Shown here piece by piece: positions 1-9,632 of a stretch of 52,351 nt of DNA. Location: NCBI GenBank assembly GCA_027047745.1, contig JALTUB010000068.1, positions 1 to 52,351 on the forward strand, given 5' to 3'. Within the stretch, counting starts at the first letter, position 1; every line of letters starts with the position of its first letter. The position numbers and the translations under genes were made by a program. Under the pieces are notes generated by a model. The model was not told the origin of the DNA. It saw only the letters and a list, made by a program, of their open reading frames with translations, and did not search any database. The DNA comes from Sulfurimonas sp. (lineage in GTDB: Bacteria > Campylobacterota > Campylobacteria > Campylobacterales > Sulfurimonadaceae).

Positions 1-21
1 CCAAGGTAAAAATGATTATAA

Positions 22-166
22 AGTGAAATTTTTATAGACTTTATTCATTTTTACCATTTATTTTCAAAAAAATGGCTTTTAAGAGAAGAAGGTTCAAGAA
101 CAAGAGAAGTGTTTTTAAAAAGATTTGATAATCTTGCAAATTAGATTATTTTACTACAATCAAAAA
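22..166 (+). pseudogene. degenerate fragment of a LysR-type regulator substrate-binding domain
   Basis: Frame 1 reads SEIFIDFIHFYHLFSKKWLLREEGSRTREVFLKRFDNLAN*, resembling the LysR (CysL/CbbR-type) motif LREeGSGTR; flanked by stops, no start codon. Confidence 0.5.
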
Positions 167-316
167 CTTTTAGATTTGGTTTCTGCTAGGTCTTCTGGAG
201 TTCAGTCAATAGGTGTTTTAAGTGGATAAGATGATAAAAAAGTGCTACAAGAATATACAGACATTATATTTGAAGATGTATATGATGCTATTAATTGGTT
301 AAAAAGTAGAAAATAA
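167..316 (+). pseudogene. C-terminal remnant of a HAD-family hydrolase with an internal stop
   Basis: Reads LLDLVSARSSGVQSIGVLSG*DDKKVLQEYTDIIFEDVYDAINWLKSRK*, typical of the HAD C-terminus after motif IV; TAA at 227-229 falls where Tyr of GY is expected; no N-terminus. Confidence 0.6.
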
Positions 317-450
317 TCACATTCAAACTAAGAAAATCGTTAGAGTTAAAATATCAAGCTATATTTAAGTCCTACTTGTCTAAAATACTTGAAATAGAAC
401 TATATAGAAAACACTTTTAATATGTTTCTTAATAAATTCAAGGAGAATAT

Positions 451-1008
451 ATGCTAGAAATTAGATGGCATAGTCGTGCTGGACAGGGTGCTGTAACAGG
501 TGCGAAAGGTTTAGCAGATGTAATTTCGACAACAGGTAAACATGTACAAGCATTCGCATTTTATGGGTCTGCTAAGCGTGGAGCTGCGATGACAGCTTAC
601 AATCGTGTAAATGATAAAGTTATTATGAATCATGAAAAATACATGGAGCCGGATTATGTATTTGTAATAGATCCTGCCCTAATTTACACAACGGATGTAA
701 CTATAAATGCAAAAGAAAACACTATATTTATAATTACTACACATATGAGTAAAGAAGAGTTAGTTGCTTCTCAACCTAAGTTAGAGGGCAAAACAATTTA
801 TACTGTTGATTGTATTAAAATTGCACAAGAGACTATCGGTCGTGCTATTCCAAACACTCCAATGCTTGGTGCATTCATGAAGGTTTCTGAAATGTATGAT
901 ATAGAATTCTTTAAAGAGAGTATGAAAAGAATTCTCGCAAAATTACCACAAAAAATTGTTGATGCAAACATGTTGGCTATCCAACGAGCATATGACGAAG
1001 TGAAATAA
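451..1008 (+). CDS. porC: pyruvate:ferredoxin/flavodoxin oxidoreductase gamma subunit
   Basis: EIRWHSRAGQGAVT and YGSAKRGA motifs; AAGGAG RBS; first gene of a four-gene por operon. Confidence 0.95.
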   Translation: MLEIRWHSRAGQGAVTGAKGLADVISTTGKHVQAFAFYGSAKRGAAMTAYNRVNDKVIMNHEKYMEPDYVFVIDPALIYTTDVTINAKENTIFIITTHMSKEELVASQPKLEGKTIYTVDCIKIAQETIGRAIPNTPMLGAFMKVSEMYDIEFFKESMKRILAKLPQKIVDANMLAIQRAYDEVK

Positions 1009-1017
1009 GGAATTAAC

Positions 1018-1413
1018 ATGGCAAATACAGGTTGGGATGAATTTGAAATCGGGGCTATGCTTCGTACATTTGAAGGTGAAGCAGGCAACATAGCTGGAAC
1101 ACTTCAAGAAGACAGAAATTATACGCAAAATAGTTCATTTAGCGCGAGTGTTGCTGATTGGAGAATTGAAAAACCAGTTTTTAACAAAGATTATTGTATA
1201 GATTGTCAATTTTGTTGGGTCTATTGTCCAGACATGTCAATTATTTCTAGAGATAAGAAGATGATTGGTGTAGATATGGATCACTGTAAAGGGTGTGGGA
1301 TTTGTGTTGAGGTTTGTCCAACAAATCCTAAATCACTTTTGATGTTTCCAGAAAAAGATGATGAAGAAGAAGTAATCGCTGGATGGCCAGCTAAAGAAAA
1401 GAAGGAAAAATAA
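1018..1413 (+). CDS. porD: pyruvate:ferredoxin oxidoreductase delta subunit (2x[4Fe-4S])
   Basis: CIDCQFCWVYCP and CKGCGICVEVCP ferredoxin motifs. Confidence 0.95.
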   Translation: MANTGWDEFEIGAMLRTFEGEAGNIAGTLQEDRNYTQNSSFSASVADWRIEKPVFNKDYCIDCQFCWVYCPDMSIISRDKKMIGVDMDHCKGCGICVEVCPTNPKSLLMFPEKDDEEEVIAGWPAKEKKEK

Positions 1414-2636
1414 TGGCATTTGATAAAGTCGAATTAAAAGATATTGAAGTATGGGATGGTAACTTTGCAGCTTCTCAGGCATTGAGACAGTGCCAGATTG
1501 ATGTAGTTGCTGCTTATCCTATTACACCATCAACTCCTATTGTTGAAGGCTATGGAAGTATGAAAGCAAATAATCAAATCGAGGGTGAATTCGTAATGGT
1601 TGAGTCTGAACATGCTGCGATGAGTGGTTGTATCGGTGCTTCTGCTGCTGGTGGTCGTGTTGCTACTGCAACATCTTCACAAGGGTTTGCACTTATGGTA
1701 GAGACTCTTTACCAAGCATCAGGAATGCGTTTACCAATCGTGCTAAATGTTGTTAACCGTGCTTTAGCTGCTCCACTAAATGTAAATGGTGACCATGGAG
1801 ATATGTATCTTGGTCGTGATAGTGGTTGGATTCAACTTGATGCTTACTCACCTCAAGAAGCTTATGATATGAACTTTATAGCATTTAAAGTAGCTGAGGA
1901 TCATGATGTAAGACTTCCAGCGATGGTACACCAAGATGGTTTTATGACATCACATACTGCACAAGGTGTACATACTTTAGATGATGATACAGCATATGGT
2001 TTTGTAGGTGAATTTCAACCTATGAATGATATGCTTGACTTTGAACATCCTGTAACTCATGGTGTGCAGACAGAAGAAGATTGGCACTTTGAGCATAAGG
2101 CTCGTCAACATAATGACCTTATGACAAAAGCTTTACCAAAGATTCAATCTGCATTTGATGAATTTGAAAAAATCTCAGGTCGTAAATACAATTTTGTTGA
2201 AAAATATGACATGGATGATGCTGATGTAGCCGTAGTGTGTATGGGTACTTCAGTTGAAACTGCTCGTGAAGTAGCAGGCGAAATGAGAGCAAAAGGTATC
2301 AAAGCAGGTGTTGTTGGTCTTCGTGTTGTTCGTCCTTTCCCATTTATGGAAATTGCTGCAGCACTAAAAGATGTAAAAGCAATAGCGGCACTTGATAGAA
2401 GTTCACCAAATGGAGCAGCAGGAATGTTGTTTAATGAGATTGCAGGTGCTCTTTTCAATACAGATACAAAAGCACTTCTTTCTGGGTATGTTTATGGTCT
2501 TGGTGGTCGTGATTTGACGAAAAAACATTTAGTTGATCTATATACTGAGCTTCAAACAAATGTTGATGCTGGTAAAGTAACAACTCCACTACAACAATTT
2601 ATCGGTGTTCGTGGACCGAAATTATCATTTTTATAA
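1413..2636 (+). CDS. porA: pyruvate:ferredoxin oxidoreductase alpha subunit
   Basis: AAYPITPST, ESEHAAMS, TATSSQG motifs. Confidence 0.96.
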   Translation: MAFDKVELKDIEVWDGNFAASQALRQCQIDVVAAYPITPSTPIVEGYGSMKANNQIEGEFVMVESEHAAMSGCIGASAAGGRVATATSSQGFALMVETLYQASGMRLPIVLNVVNRALAAPLNVNGDHGDMYLGRDSGWIQLDAYSPQEAYDMNFIAFKVAEDHDVRLPAMVHQDGFMTSHTAQGVHTLDDDTAYGFVGEFQPMNDMLDFEHPVTHGVQTEEDWHFEHKARQHNDLMTKALPKIQSAFDEFEKISGRKYNFVEKYDMDDADVAVVCMGTSVETAREVAGEMRAKGIKAGVVGLRVVRPFPFMEIAAALKDVKAIAALDRSSPNGAAGMLFNEIAGALFNTDTKALLSGYVYGLGGRDLTKKHLVDLYTELQTNVDAGKVTTPLQQFIGVRGPKLSFL

Positions 2637-2646
2637 GGAGAAAACT

Positions 2647-3603
2647 ATGAGTGAAATGAAAAAAATTAAAAACTTAAAAGAGTTTTCTACATCAGCAGAT
2701 CGTTTTGAAGGTGCAAACCTTCTTTGTCCTGGTTGTGCACACTCTATCATTGTTCGTGAAGTTTTAAACGCAACAAATGATGATTTAGTTCTTGGGGCAT
2801 CAACTGGATGTCTTGAAGTTTGTACAGCAGTTTATCCATACACATCATGGGATGCTTCTTGGATTCATATCGGTTTTGAAAATGGTTCTACTGCAGTTGC
2901 AGGTGCTGAAGCTATGTATAATGCGCTAAAAACTAAAGGTCGCTTAAAGCAACCAGACCGTAATCCTAAGTTTGTAGCTTTTGGTGGCGATGGTGCATCT
3001 TACGATATAGGTTTCCAGTGGATTTCTGGATGTATGGAGCGTGGTCACAATATGATGTATGTAGTTCTTGATAATGAAGTATATGCAAATACTGGTGGAC
3101 AGCGTTCATCTTCAACACCAATCGGTTCAAGTACAACTACTGCACCAGCAGGTAAAGTAAGTTATGGTGAGAAAAAAAATAAAAAAGACATGGTATCTAT
3201 CATGGCATCTCATCAAATTCCTTACTCTGCACAAGTTGCACCTAACAAATGGAAAGATATGGTTAAAAAAATCCAACATGGTATGGCAGTAGAAGGTCCT
3301 GTATTTATTAATGCTGTTTCTCCTTGTACAACTGAGTGGAAATTTGATCCTAAAGATACTATGTATATCACTGATTTAGCAACTGATTCTTTAGTTTTCC
3401 CTCTCTATGAGATTATTGACAATCATGAACTTAATATTACATATAGACCAAAAAATATAGTTCCTGTTGAAGAGTATCTAGCAGCTCAAGGTCGTTTTAA
3501 ACACCTTTTTAAAGATCAGTATAAGTATCTTATAAAAGAGTGGCAAGATAGAGTAGATGAGCAATGGGCGTATCTCCAACGCCGAGAAGAAGCTCGCGTT
3601 TAA
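2647..3603 (+). CDS. porB: pyruvate:ferredoxin oxidoreductase beta subunit (TPP-binding)
   Basis: LCPGC, GGDG...DNEVYANTGGQ motifs; start moved to ATG 2647 behind AAGGAG. Confidence 0.95.
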   Translation: MSEMKKIKNLKEFSTSADRFEGANLLCPGCAHSIIVREVLNATNDDLVLGASTGCLEVCTAVYPYTSWDASWIHIGFENGSTAVAGAEAMYNALKTKGRLKQPDRNPKFVAFGGDGASYDIGFQWISGCMERGHNMMYVVLDNEVYANTGGQRSSSTPIGSSTTTAPAGKVSYGEKKNKKDMVSIMASHQIPYSAQVAPNKWKDMVKKIQHGMAVEGPVFINAVSPCTTEWKFDPKDTMYITDLATDSLVFPLYEIIDNHELNITYRPKNIVPVEEYLAAQGRFKHLFKDQYKYLIKEWQDRVDEQWAYLQRREEARV

Positions 3604-3709
3604 GAAGCTTTTAGCTTCAGCAAATCTTGCAAAAAAATCCAATACGGCAGGCTATAGCCTAGCCTTTATTGGATGTTTTGCACAATCTTTACCAAATCTA
3701 AAACTTCTT
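3602..3709. repeat. single ~108-nt imperfect palindrome (type-2 module of the palindromic family)
   Basis: AAGAAGCTTTTAG...CTAAAACTTCTT ends; inner TGCAAAA/TTTTGCA, ATCCAATA/TATTGGAT and AGGCTA/TAGCCT stems; similar to the reverse complement of 18643-18742. Confidence 0.8.
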
Positions 3710-3796
3710 GGTTTTAGGTACTAATTATTCTCTTTCAATTTTTAATCAATTTTTTTTGCTACAATACTCTTAATAATTAAAATTAAGGATATATTT

Positions 3797-4312
3797 ATGC
3801 CATTACTTGACTCTTTTACAGTTGACCACACAATCATGCCAGCACCTGCAGTACGAAAAGCTAAGGGGATGAAATCACCTTCTGGAGATGATATTACAGT
3901 ATATGATTTGCGTTTTTATGTACCAAATGTAGATAAAATGGATGGTCGTGGGATTCATACCCTTGAACATCTTTTTGCAGGATTTATGCGTGACCACCTC
4001 AATACTAAAAAAGTAGAGATTATTGATTTGTCTCCTATGGGTTGTCGTACAGGGTTTTATATGTCTGTTCTTGGAACTCCTGATGAGAAAAAAGTTGCAA
4101 AAGCTTGGAAAAAAGCTATGCAAGATGTTTTAAAAGTAAAAAGTGAAGCAGATATTCCAGAACTTAATATCTATCAATGTGGAACTTATAAAATGCACTC
4201 ACTTAAAAATGCAAAGAAAATAGCAAATGATATTTTAAGTGAAAAGATTGGCATCATGGATAATGAAGCATTAAAACTTAGCAAGAAAAAACTAAAAGAG
4301 ATTAACGGCTAA
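3797..4312 (+). CDS. luxS: S-ribosylhomocysteine lyase
   Basis: [30 protein letters not shown] motifs; TGCTACAAT extended -10 at 3757-3765. Confidence 0.97.
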   Translation: MPLLDSFTVDHTIMPAPAVRKAKGMKSPSGDDITVYDLRFYVPNVDKMDGRGIHTLEHLFAGFMRDHLNTKKVEIIDLSPMGCRTGFYMSVLGTPDEKKVAKAWKKAMQDVLKVKSEADIPELNIYQCGTYKMHSLKNAKKIANDILSEKIGIMDNEALKLSKKKLKEING

Positions 4313-4614
4313 TGCTTATACTTGTACCTATGGATTCTGATGATGTGCATGAAGCAAAAATCACATCAGTAGCAGATGCCAAAATATGGGCGCAACTTCG
4401 CATAGAAGAGGGTGAACTTGTAGAAGTTCTTCATCATGAAAAGTATGATGGTTTCTCTCCTTGGAGTGAAGCTGTTGTTGTAAACAGTGATGGTGAAAGC
4501 GTTATGGATTTTATAAATATGGCAATGATAGTTCTTGTTGCTCACACTCAAAAAACTATAGATGATATAGTAGAAGCTTATTTGTTTAGAGAGCTGCACG
4601 ATCTTGCTTACTAA
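4312..4614 (+). CDS. small hypothetical protein, weakly NifB/NifX (FeMo-co binding) fold-like
   Basis: 100 aa, coupled to luxS by TAATG overlap; N-terminal ILVPMD and C-terminal TIDDIVEAYL pattern recalls the NifX/NifB family. Confidence 0.55.
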   Translation: MLILVPMDSDDVHEAKITSVADAKIWAQLRIEEGELVEVLHHEKYDGFSPWSEAVVVNSDGESVMDFINMAMIVLVAHTQKTIDDIVEAYLFRELHDLAY

Positions 4615-5047
4615 GTTTTTAGAACTTTTTAACCCCCTCCCTGGAAATCATTACCTACATGTAACAAAAGAGCAAAACAATATAAGTGATGCTCTTGAAA
4701 AATTACTTTTACCTGTTCAAGGTGAACTAAATGTTGAAGTTATGTCAGACGATGACCTGAAAAATGCAAAACCTTTTAAAGCTCTTCCCAGAGACAATGA
4801 TATGGTAATATTTCAAGATATTTTCTCAAAGCACAAAAATCAATCTACTATTTTAAAAATCGCCTACAGAACCTTGGCAAACACTGCTGAAATTATCATC
4901 TTAGAAAAAAAGTCTGTTTTAGATATAGATACTATAAAAGTAATGTTAGAAGAACATGAATTTCGCACACCAAACCATCTTGACATTTTAGAAGGTTATG
5001 ACATAGTTGTAGCCAAAAAAATGCATATGTGGGGCAATGGACTGTAA
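4604..5047 (+). CDS. hypothetical protein, degenerate class I SAM-methyltransferase-like fold
   Basis: TTG start overlapping the previous gene; DMVIFQDIF...AYRTLANTAEIIILE resembles the MTase C-terminal half; no GxG motif. Confidence 0.55.
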   Translation: MLTKFLELFNPLPGNHYLHVTKEQNNISDALEKLLLPVQGELNVEVMSDDDLKNAKPFKALPRDNDMVIFQDIFSKHKNQSTILKIAYRTLANTAEIIILEKKSVLDIDTIKVMLEEHEFRTPNHLDILEGYDIVVAKKMHMWGNGL

Positions 5048-5793
5048 TGTTTAATGATACACTACATGAAATGATACTTAGTGAGGATGGCTCTTTTACT
5101 GCTTATTCAAAAGAGTATGATGAACATTATCACTCAACAAGAGATGGTGCTATGCATGAGTCAATGGTTAAGCATGTAGAACCTGCATTTAAGCTAAAAG
5201 AAAAACAAGATGAAATAGTTATTTTAGATATTTGCTATGGTCTTGGGTTCAATACTTTAGCTACACTTTACTATCATCAAACTAACAATCTGACATCAAA
5301 GTTAAAAATATACTCTCCAGAACTAGATGTCTCTTTGGTTAAATCTTTGGTCGATTTTACCTATCCAAAAGAGTTTGAGATATTTAAGCCCATCATAAAA
5401 TCACTTTCAGAAGTAGGTGTTTATGAAGATGAGTATTATTACATTGAAGTTTTTTTAGGTGATGCTAGAGAATATATAAGAAAGTTTGAAAACAGGTTTG
5501 ACATTGTCTATCAAGACGCATTTTCTCCAAGTACAAATCCTACTCTCTGGACAAAAGAGTATTTCCAAGATATTAAGCGAGGTATAAAAGAAGATGGTGT
5601 ACTAACAACTTATTCCATATCTCTAGCAACTAGACTTGCTCTGTTTGAGAATGATTTTAATATTTATCTCAATATCGGAGAAGGATATAGAGACGCAACA
5701 GTTGCATCGCCATCAAAACTGACTATTTTTAAAGAAGTTGATATGAAACATAAGATTTCTTGCAACCCTGATGCAAAATCTTTGAGAGACTAA
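5047..5793 (+). CDS. MnmC-type (MnmD domain) tRNA mnm5s2U34 methyltransferase
   Basis: SEDGSFT...EHYHS, ILDICYGLGFN, YQDAFSP..NP.LW motifs; start at ATG 5047 (TAATG overlap). Confidence 0.85.
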   Translation: MFNDTLHEMILSEDGSFTAYSKEYDEHYHSTRDGAMHESMVKHVEPAFKLKEKQDEIVILDICYGLGFNTLATLYYHQTNNLTSKLKIYSPELDVSLVKSLVDFTYPKEFEIFKPIIKSLSEVGVYEDEYYYIEVFLGDAREYIRKFENRFDIVYQDAFSPSTNPTLWTKEYFQDIKRGIKEDGVLTTYSISLATRLALFENDFNIYLNIGEGYRDATVASPSKLTIFKEVDMKHKISCNPDAKSLRD

Positions 5794-6341
5794 AAAAGAG
5801 TTTTCTCAAGAGCTTTTAGTTTGTAAGTTCTTCTATGAATAGGGCTGTAACCATACTTTTTAATCATTTCAATATGTAGTTTAGTTCCATAACCTTTATG
5901 CTTTTCAAACTGATACTCTGGATATTTTTTAGCTTCTAGTAAAATATCTCTATCATGAGTCACTTTTGCGAGTATGGATGCCGCACTAACCTCTGCAACT
6001 TTTCCATCAGCTTTTATCATGGTAGGAAGATTTTGAACTCCAAAAGAAGTGTTTCCATCAAACAAAAAGTTTTCAGTTTGCATATTTTTCATTATCTCTA
6101 AAAGTCCAGATTTGAGACAGTGTGAGATTCCATTCTCATCTATCGCCTTAGCAGAAAATTTTACTACATGATACTCTGCATTTTGGATTATCAACTCATA
6201 AAGGGCTTCTCTTTTTTTAGCAGTTAGTTTTTTAGAATCATTAAGACCTTCAACATCTGCATTTAAGATACATCCAGCCATAACCAAATCCCCAGCAATA
6301 GGTCCACGACCAGCTTCATCAATACCACATAGTTTATGCAT
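5790..6341 (-). CDS. rnhB: ribonuclease HII
   Basis: GIDEAGRGP, DSKKL, AASILAKV, HKGYGT motifs. Confidence 0.96.
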   Translation of the reverse strand: MHKLCGIDEAGRGPIAGDLVMAGCILNADVEGLNDSKKLTAKKREALYELIIQNAEYHVVKFSAKAIDENGISHCLKSGLLEIMKNMQTENFLFDGNTSFGVQNLPTMIKADGKVAEVSAASILAKVTHDRDILLEAKKYPEYQFEKHKGYGTKLHIEMIKKYGYSPIHRRTYKLKALEKTLF

Positions 6342-7406
6342 TTAATCTCCTAATGCCCATATATCAAATGGTACTAACTCAACTTTTGATAAAGGGTGTG
6401 AAATGCTACCCTCTTTATTCATAGTAACAGCTGTTACTTTTTTGATAGAGTATGTAAATATAAATGCTTCAATACTTTCAAGTTTTTGAAACAAACGCCT
6501 CTCATCGGCAAAAGGTTTACAAATAATTATCTCATCTTTAGAAGGAAGATAAAAGTCTATGCCATCTGCATAGTAGCACTCTGTAGATGATTTAAGAAGT
6601 TCAAGATAAACCATATTTTCAAAAAGTTTACTAAAGTTTTTGAGAGTAGATAAGGCACTTTTGATGACTATGTCAAAAAGATATATTTTTTTCGTAGCCT
6701 TAGGATAGTTATATTTAGCAAGTTGATGAATATAATTTTTATTTAGTAGTGACTCAAAAGAGCTGTAAAGTTTATCTTTAGATATTTTTCTTGTCTGCTT
6801 TAGTCTTTCATATATAGTAAAAGCAGATATTTTTTGAGAGACTGCTTTCGCACAAAATATCAATATATCAAATTCTATATCTGACAAAGTATATTTGAGC
6901 GTCTTTTGCAAAAATATATTTCTATCATCAGCTTGTATTTTATGCATGACAGGTAAGCCACCTAGTTGGAAAAAATGATTTAAGGCACTAGAATCATATT
7001 TATGCTCATAAGCCAGAAACTCTTCATAATCAAGTGGAAAAAGTTGCATAGTTATTAAATAATCAAAGTGGTAATTAACTTGAGATGTAATTATCAACTG
7101 CGTAACATTAGCAAATTTGATTTTATCATGATAGTTATCTAAAACAAGTACATCAATTTTATTGGCATGAGAAAATTTGTTGAGTAAATTGTTTAAAGAT
7201 TCTATATCTATTCTTACATCATTACAGTTTATATACAAATAGGAACTTTTTTTCAGTGTTAAAAGATAACTTTTAACTAACTTTGATTTTCCAGTTTGAG
7301 TTGCACCAATTATTTGATACGATTTATCATCTAAAAATAGTTTTCTATCATGAAATTTTTCTAGATTTATATCAGTTTTGTAAAATTCTTCGAGTAATAT
7401 TTCCAT
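6342..7406 (-). CDS. AAA-family ATP-binding protein (AAA_14/DUF4143-like)
   Basis: Walker A GATQTGKS, GGLP, KKIYLFD, LFENMVYLEL, IDFY motifs. Confidence 0.8.
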   Translation of the reverse strand: MEILLEEFYKTDINLEKFHDRKLFLDDKSYQIIGATQTGKSKLVKSYLLTLKKSSYLYINCNDVRIDIESLNNLLNKFSHANKIDVLVLDNYHDKIKFANVTQLIITSQVNYHFDYLITMQLFPLDYEEFLAYEHKYDSSALNHFFQLGGLPVMHKIQADDRNIFLQKTLKYTLSDIEFDILIFCAKAVSQKISAFTIYERLKQTRKISKDKLYSSFESLLNKNYIHQLAKYNYPKATKKIYLFDIVIKSALSTLKNFSKLFENMVYLELLKSSTECYYADGIDFYLPSKDEIIICKPFADERRLFQKLESIEAFIFTYSIKKVTAVTMNKEGSISHPLSKVELVPFDIWALGD

Positions 7407-7495
7407 ACAAAATTATACCATTTCCTTTTTAAAAGGAAGTAAATTTACATATATTTTCATTTTTAGACTCTAAATCATTGATAAATATACCTAGT

Positions 7496-7506
7496 TTGGC
7501 TATAAT
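7496..7506 (+). promoter_or_regulatory. sigma70-type -10 box of the S10 operon
   Basis: TATAAT at 7501-7506 followed by a GC-rich discriminator (TCGCGACCC). Confidence 0.65.
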
Positions 7507-7515
7507 TCGCGACCC

Positions 7516-7788
7516 TTTAAGTGCCAGACTATAATAAATGGCATAATTCAATGAAAAAAGAGATGACAAGATACAAGGCGAAAGTTCGCAGGAGCTACTA
7601 GTAGCTTCAAGGACTTTTAACGAAGTAGATTGTTATCTCTTTTTTCACCCGAAGGGCAACATTTAAAAGATTCATCTTCTGCGTTAAACTTAGGCTAACG
7701 ATGCTAGCATCGCCAACCAAAGTTTGCCTTGAACCTAAACCTTTTAAATGTTGTTGAATATGCCATTTATTATAGTCTGGCACTTAAA
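7516..7788. mobile_element. composite palindromic MITE-like element A in the S10 leader
   Basis: Perfect 30-bp TIR (7516-7545 / 7759-7788) enclosing hairpin 7552-7647, CCC-GAA-GGG at 7648-7656 and hairpin 7657-7753; mobility is inferred. Confidence 0.75.
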
Positions 7789-7840
7789 TAGTTAGGCAAA
7801 TAGTTAGAGTAAATCTAACGAGTTCTTTAGAAGGAAAATT

Positions 7841-8152
7841 ATGGAAAAAATTCGTTTAAAATTGAAAGCTTACGATCATCGTGTTCTTGATAGATCTGTA
7901 GCATCAATCGTTGAGGCTGTAAAGCGTACCGGAGCACAAATTCGTGGTCCAATCCCTTTACCAACAAAAATTCGTAAATATACAGTTTTAAAATCTGTTC
8001 ATGTTAACAAAAAAGCTCGTGAGCAATTTGAGATTCGTATGCACGGAAGAATGATAGATATCGTTTCTGCAACGCCAGAGACTGTTGACTCATTAATGAA
8101 ACTAGATTTAGCACCTGAAGTGGATGTAGAAGTTCGCTCTATGGACAAATAG
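7841..8152 (+). CDS. rpsJ: 30S ribosomal protein S10
   Basis: [22 protein letters not shown]. Confidence 0.99.
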   Translation: MEKIRLKLKAYDHRVLDRSVASIVEAVKRTGAQIRGPIPLPTKIRKYTVLKSVHVNKKAREQFEIRMHGRMIDIVSATPETVDSLMKLDLAPEVDVEVRSMDK

Positions 8153-8160
8153 GAGTAGTC

Positions 8161-8736
8161 GTGGAATATATTGTTGAAAAAATCGGTATGAGCCGTACTA
8201 TTACAGTTCCTAGTAAGCCTGTTACTCTTTTAAGAGTATTAGACCAAAAAGTATGTGAAGTAAACGAAGGCACTGCAATTGTAGCTTACAATAGTGGTAA
8301 AAAAATGAATAAAGCAATTGAAGGTCAACAAAAAAAATATAGCCTTTCTGCTGAGTTTAATCGTTTCGTTACTTTAGAAGTAGCAAACAGTGAAGCTGGC
8401 GATTTAGATTTCGCTCCATTAGTAGAAGCTAATGCAGTAAAATCAACTTTCACAACGAAAGGTCGTGGTTTTGCTGGTGCAATGAAGCGTTGGAACTTCG
8501 GTGGTGGTCCTGCATCTCACGGTCATAGATTTGGTCGTAGAACAGGTTCTATCGGTAATGCTGAGTGGCCAGGTCGTGTAATGAAAGGTAAAAAAATGCC
8601 AGGACATTATGGAAATACACAAAATAGTGTAAAAAATGAGATCGTTTCTTACGATGCTGAAAATAAAATCATTGCGGTTTTAGGTTCTGTATCTGGTGCA
8701 AACGGTGCTTTAGGTCGTATAAAGGTAGCTTCGTAA
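8161..8736 (+). CDS. rplC: 50S ribosomal protein L3
   Basis: GTG start; [26 protein letters not shown]. Confidence 0.98.
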   Translation: MEYIVEKIGMSRTITVPSKPVTLLRVLDQKVCEVNEGTAIVAYNSGKKMNKAIEGQQKKYSLSAEFNRFVTLEVANSEAGDLDFAPLVEANAVKSTFTTKGRGFAGAMKRWNFGGGPASHGHRFGRRTGSIGNAEWPGRVMKGKKMPGHYGNTQNSVKNEIVSYDAENKIIAVLGSVSGANGALGRIKVAS

Positions 8737-9350
8737 TGAGCGCAATCGTTTTAAATGAAAAAATGGAAAAAGCATCTGAGTTAGCATTACCTGAGAGTTT
8801 CTCAGGAATCAATCCTCATAACCTTTATCTTTATGTAAAATCTGTTCAAGCTGCACAGCGTGCAAATACAGCTATTACTAAAGGTAGAAGTGATGTGCGT
8901 GGTGGTGGTAAAAAGCCATGGGCTCAAAAAGGTGGCGGTCGTGCTCGTGCGGGTTCTCGTCGTTCTCCTATATTCGTAGGTGGTGGTAAAGCTTTTGGTT
9001 CTCAAAACAACCGTAACTACGACTTAAAAGTAAATAAAAAGCAAAAGAAATTAGCTTTAAACTTTGCTTTAAATGAGCATTCACAAAATGGTTCTCTATT
9101 TATTGTTGATAGTATTGAAGTTGCATCTGGTAAAACTAAAGATGCAGTAGCAATGTTTAAAGCTTTAAATCAAAGAGATACTCTTTTTGTTAAATCTTTA
9201 TTAGATGAGCCAACATTTTTAGCTTTTGAAAATATTCAATCTACATATGTTGTTGAGTCAAATGAATTAAATGCATTCTTAGCTGCAAACTATCGTTCAA
9301 TTGTGATCGAGAAAGCAGTTTGGGAAAATCTGACAAGTGAGGCTAAGTAA
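8736..9350 (+). CDS. rplD: 50S ribosomal protein L4
   Basis: [19 protein letters not shown]. Confidence 0.98.
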   Translation: MSAIVLNEKMEKASELALPESFSGINPHNLYLYVKSVQAAQRANTAITKGRSDVRGGGKKPWAQKGGGRARAGSRRSPIFVGGGKAFGSQNNRNYDLKVNKKQKKLALNFALNEHSQNGSLFIVDSIEVASGKTKDAVAMFKALNQRDTLFVKSLLDEPTFLAFENIQSTYVVESNELNAFLAANYRSIVIEKAVWENLTSEAK

Positions 9351-9631
9351 TGGCTGATATTACAGATATTAAATCTATACTATATACAGAAAAGACTCTT
9401 GGTATGCAAGAAGATGGTGTTATCGTTGTACAAACATCTCCTCGTATGAACAAAACAGGTCTTAAAGAGGTGTTTCGTGAGTATTTTGGAATCATTCCAA
9501 CTAAAATAAACTCACTAAATCAAAGCGGAAAAGTTAAGACATTCCGTGGCACAAAAGGTAAACAAAATGACTTCAAAAAGTTTTATGTAACTTTACCTGA
9601 GGGTGCAGCAATCGAAAGTTTGGCGGTATAA
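9350..9631 (+). CDS. rplW: 50S ribosomal protein L23
   Basis: TEKT...KKFYVTL; operon position. Confidence 0.97.
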   Translation: MADITDIKSILYTEKTLGMQEDGVIVVQTSPRMNKTGLKEVFREYFGIIPTKINSLNQSGKVKTFRGTKGKQNDFKKFYVTLPEGAAIESLAV

Positions 9632-9632
9632 G

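Noticed and set aside
227-229. Stop-codon readthrough or recoding in the HAD fragment
   Set aside because: TAA terminates normal genes throughout the window and the fragment has no N-terminus, so decay is the simpler reading
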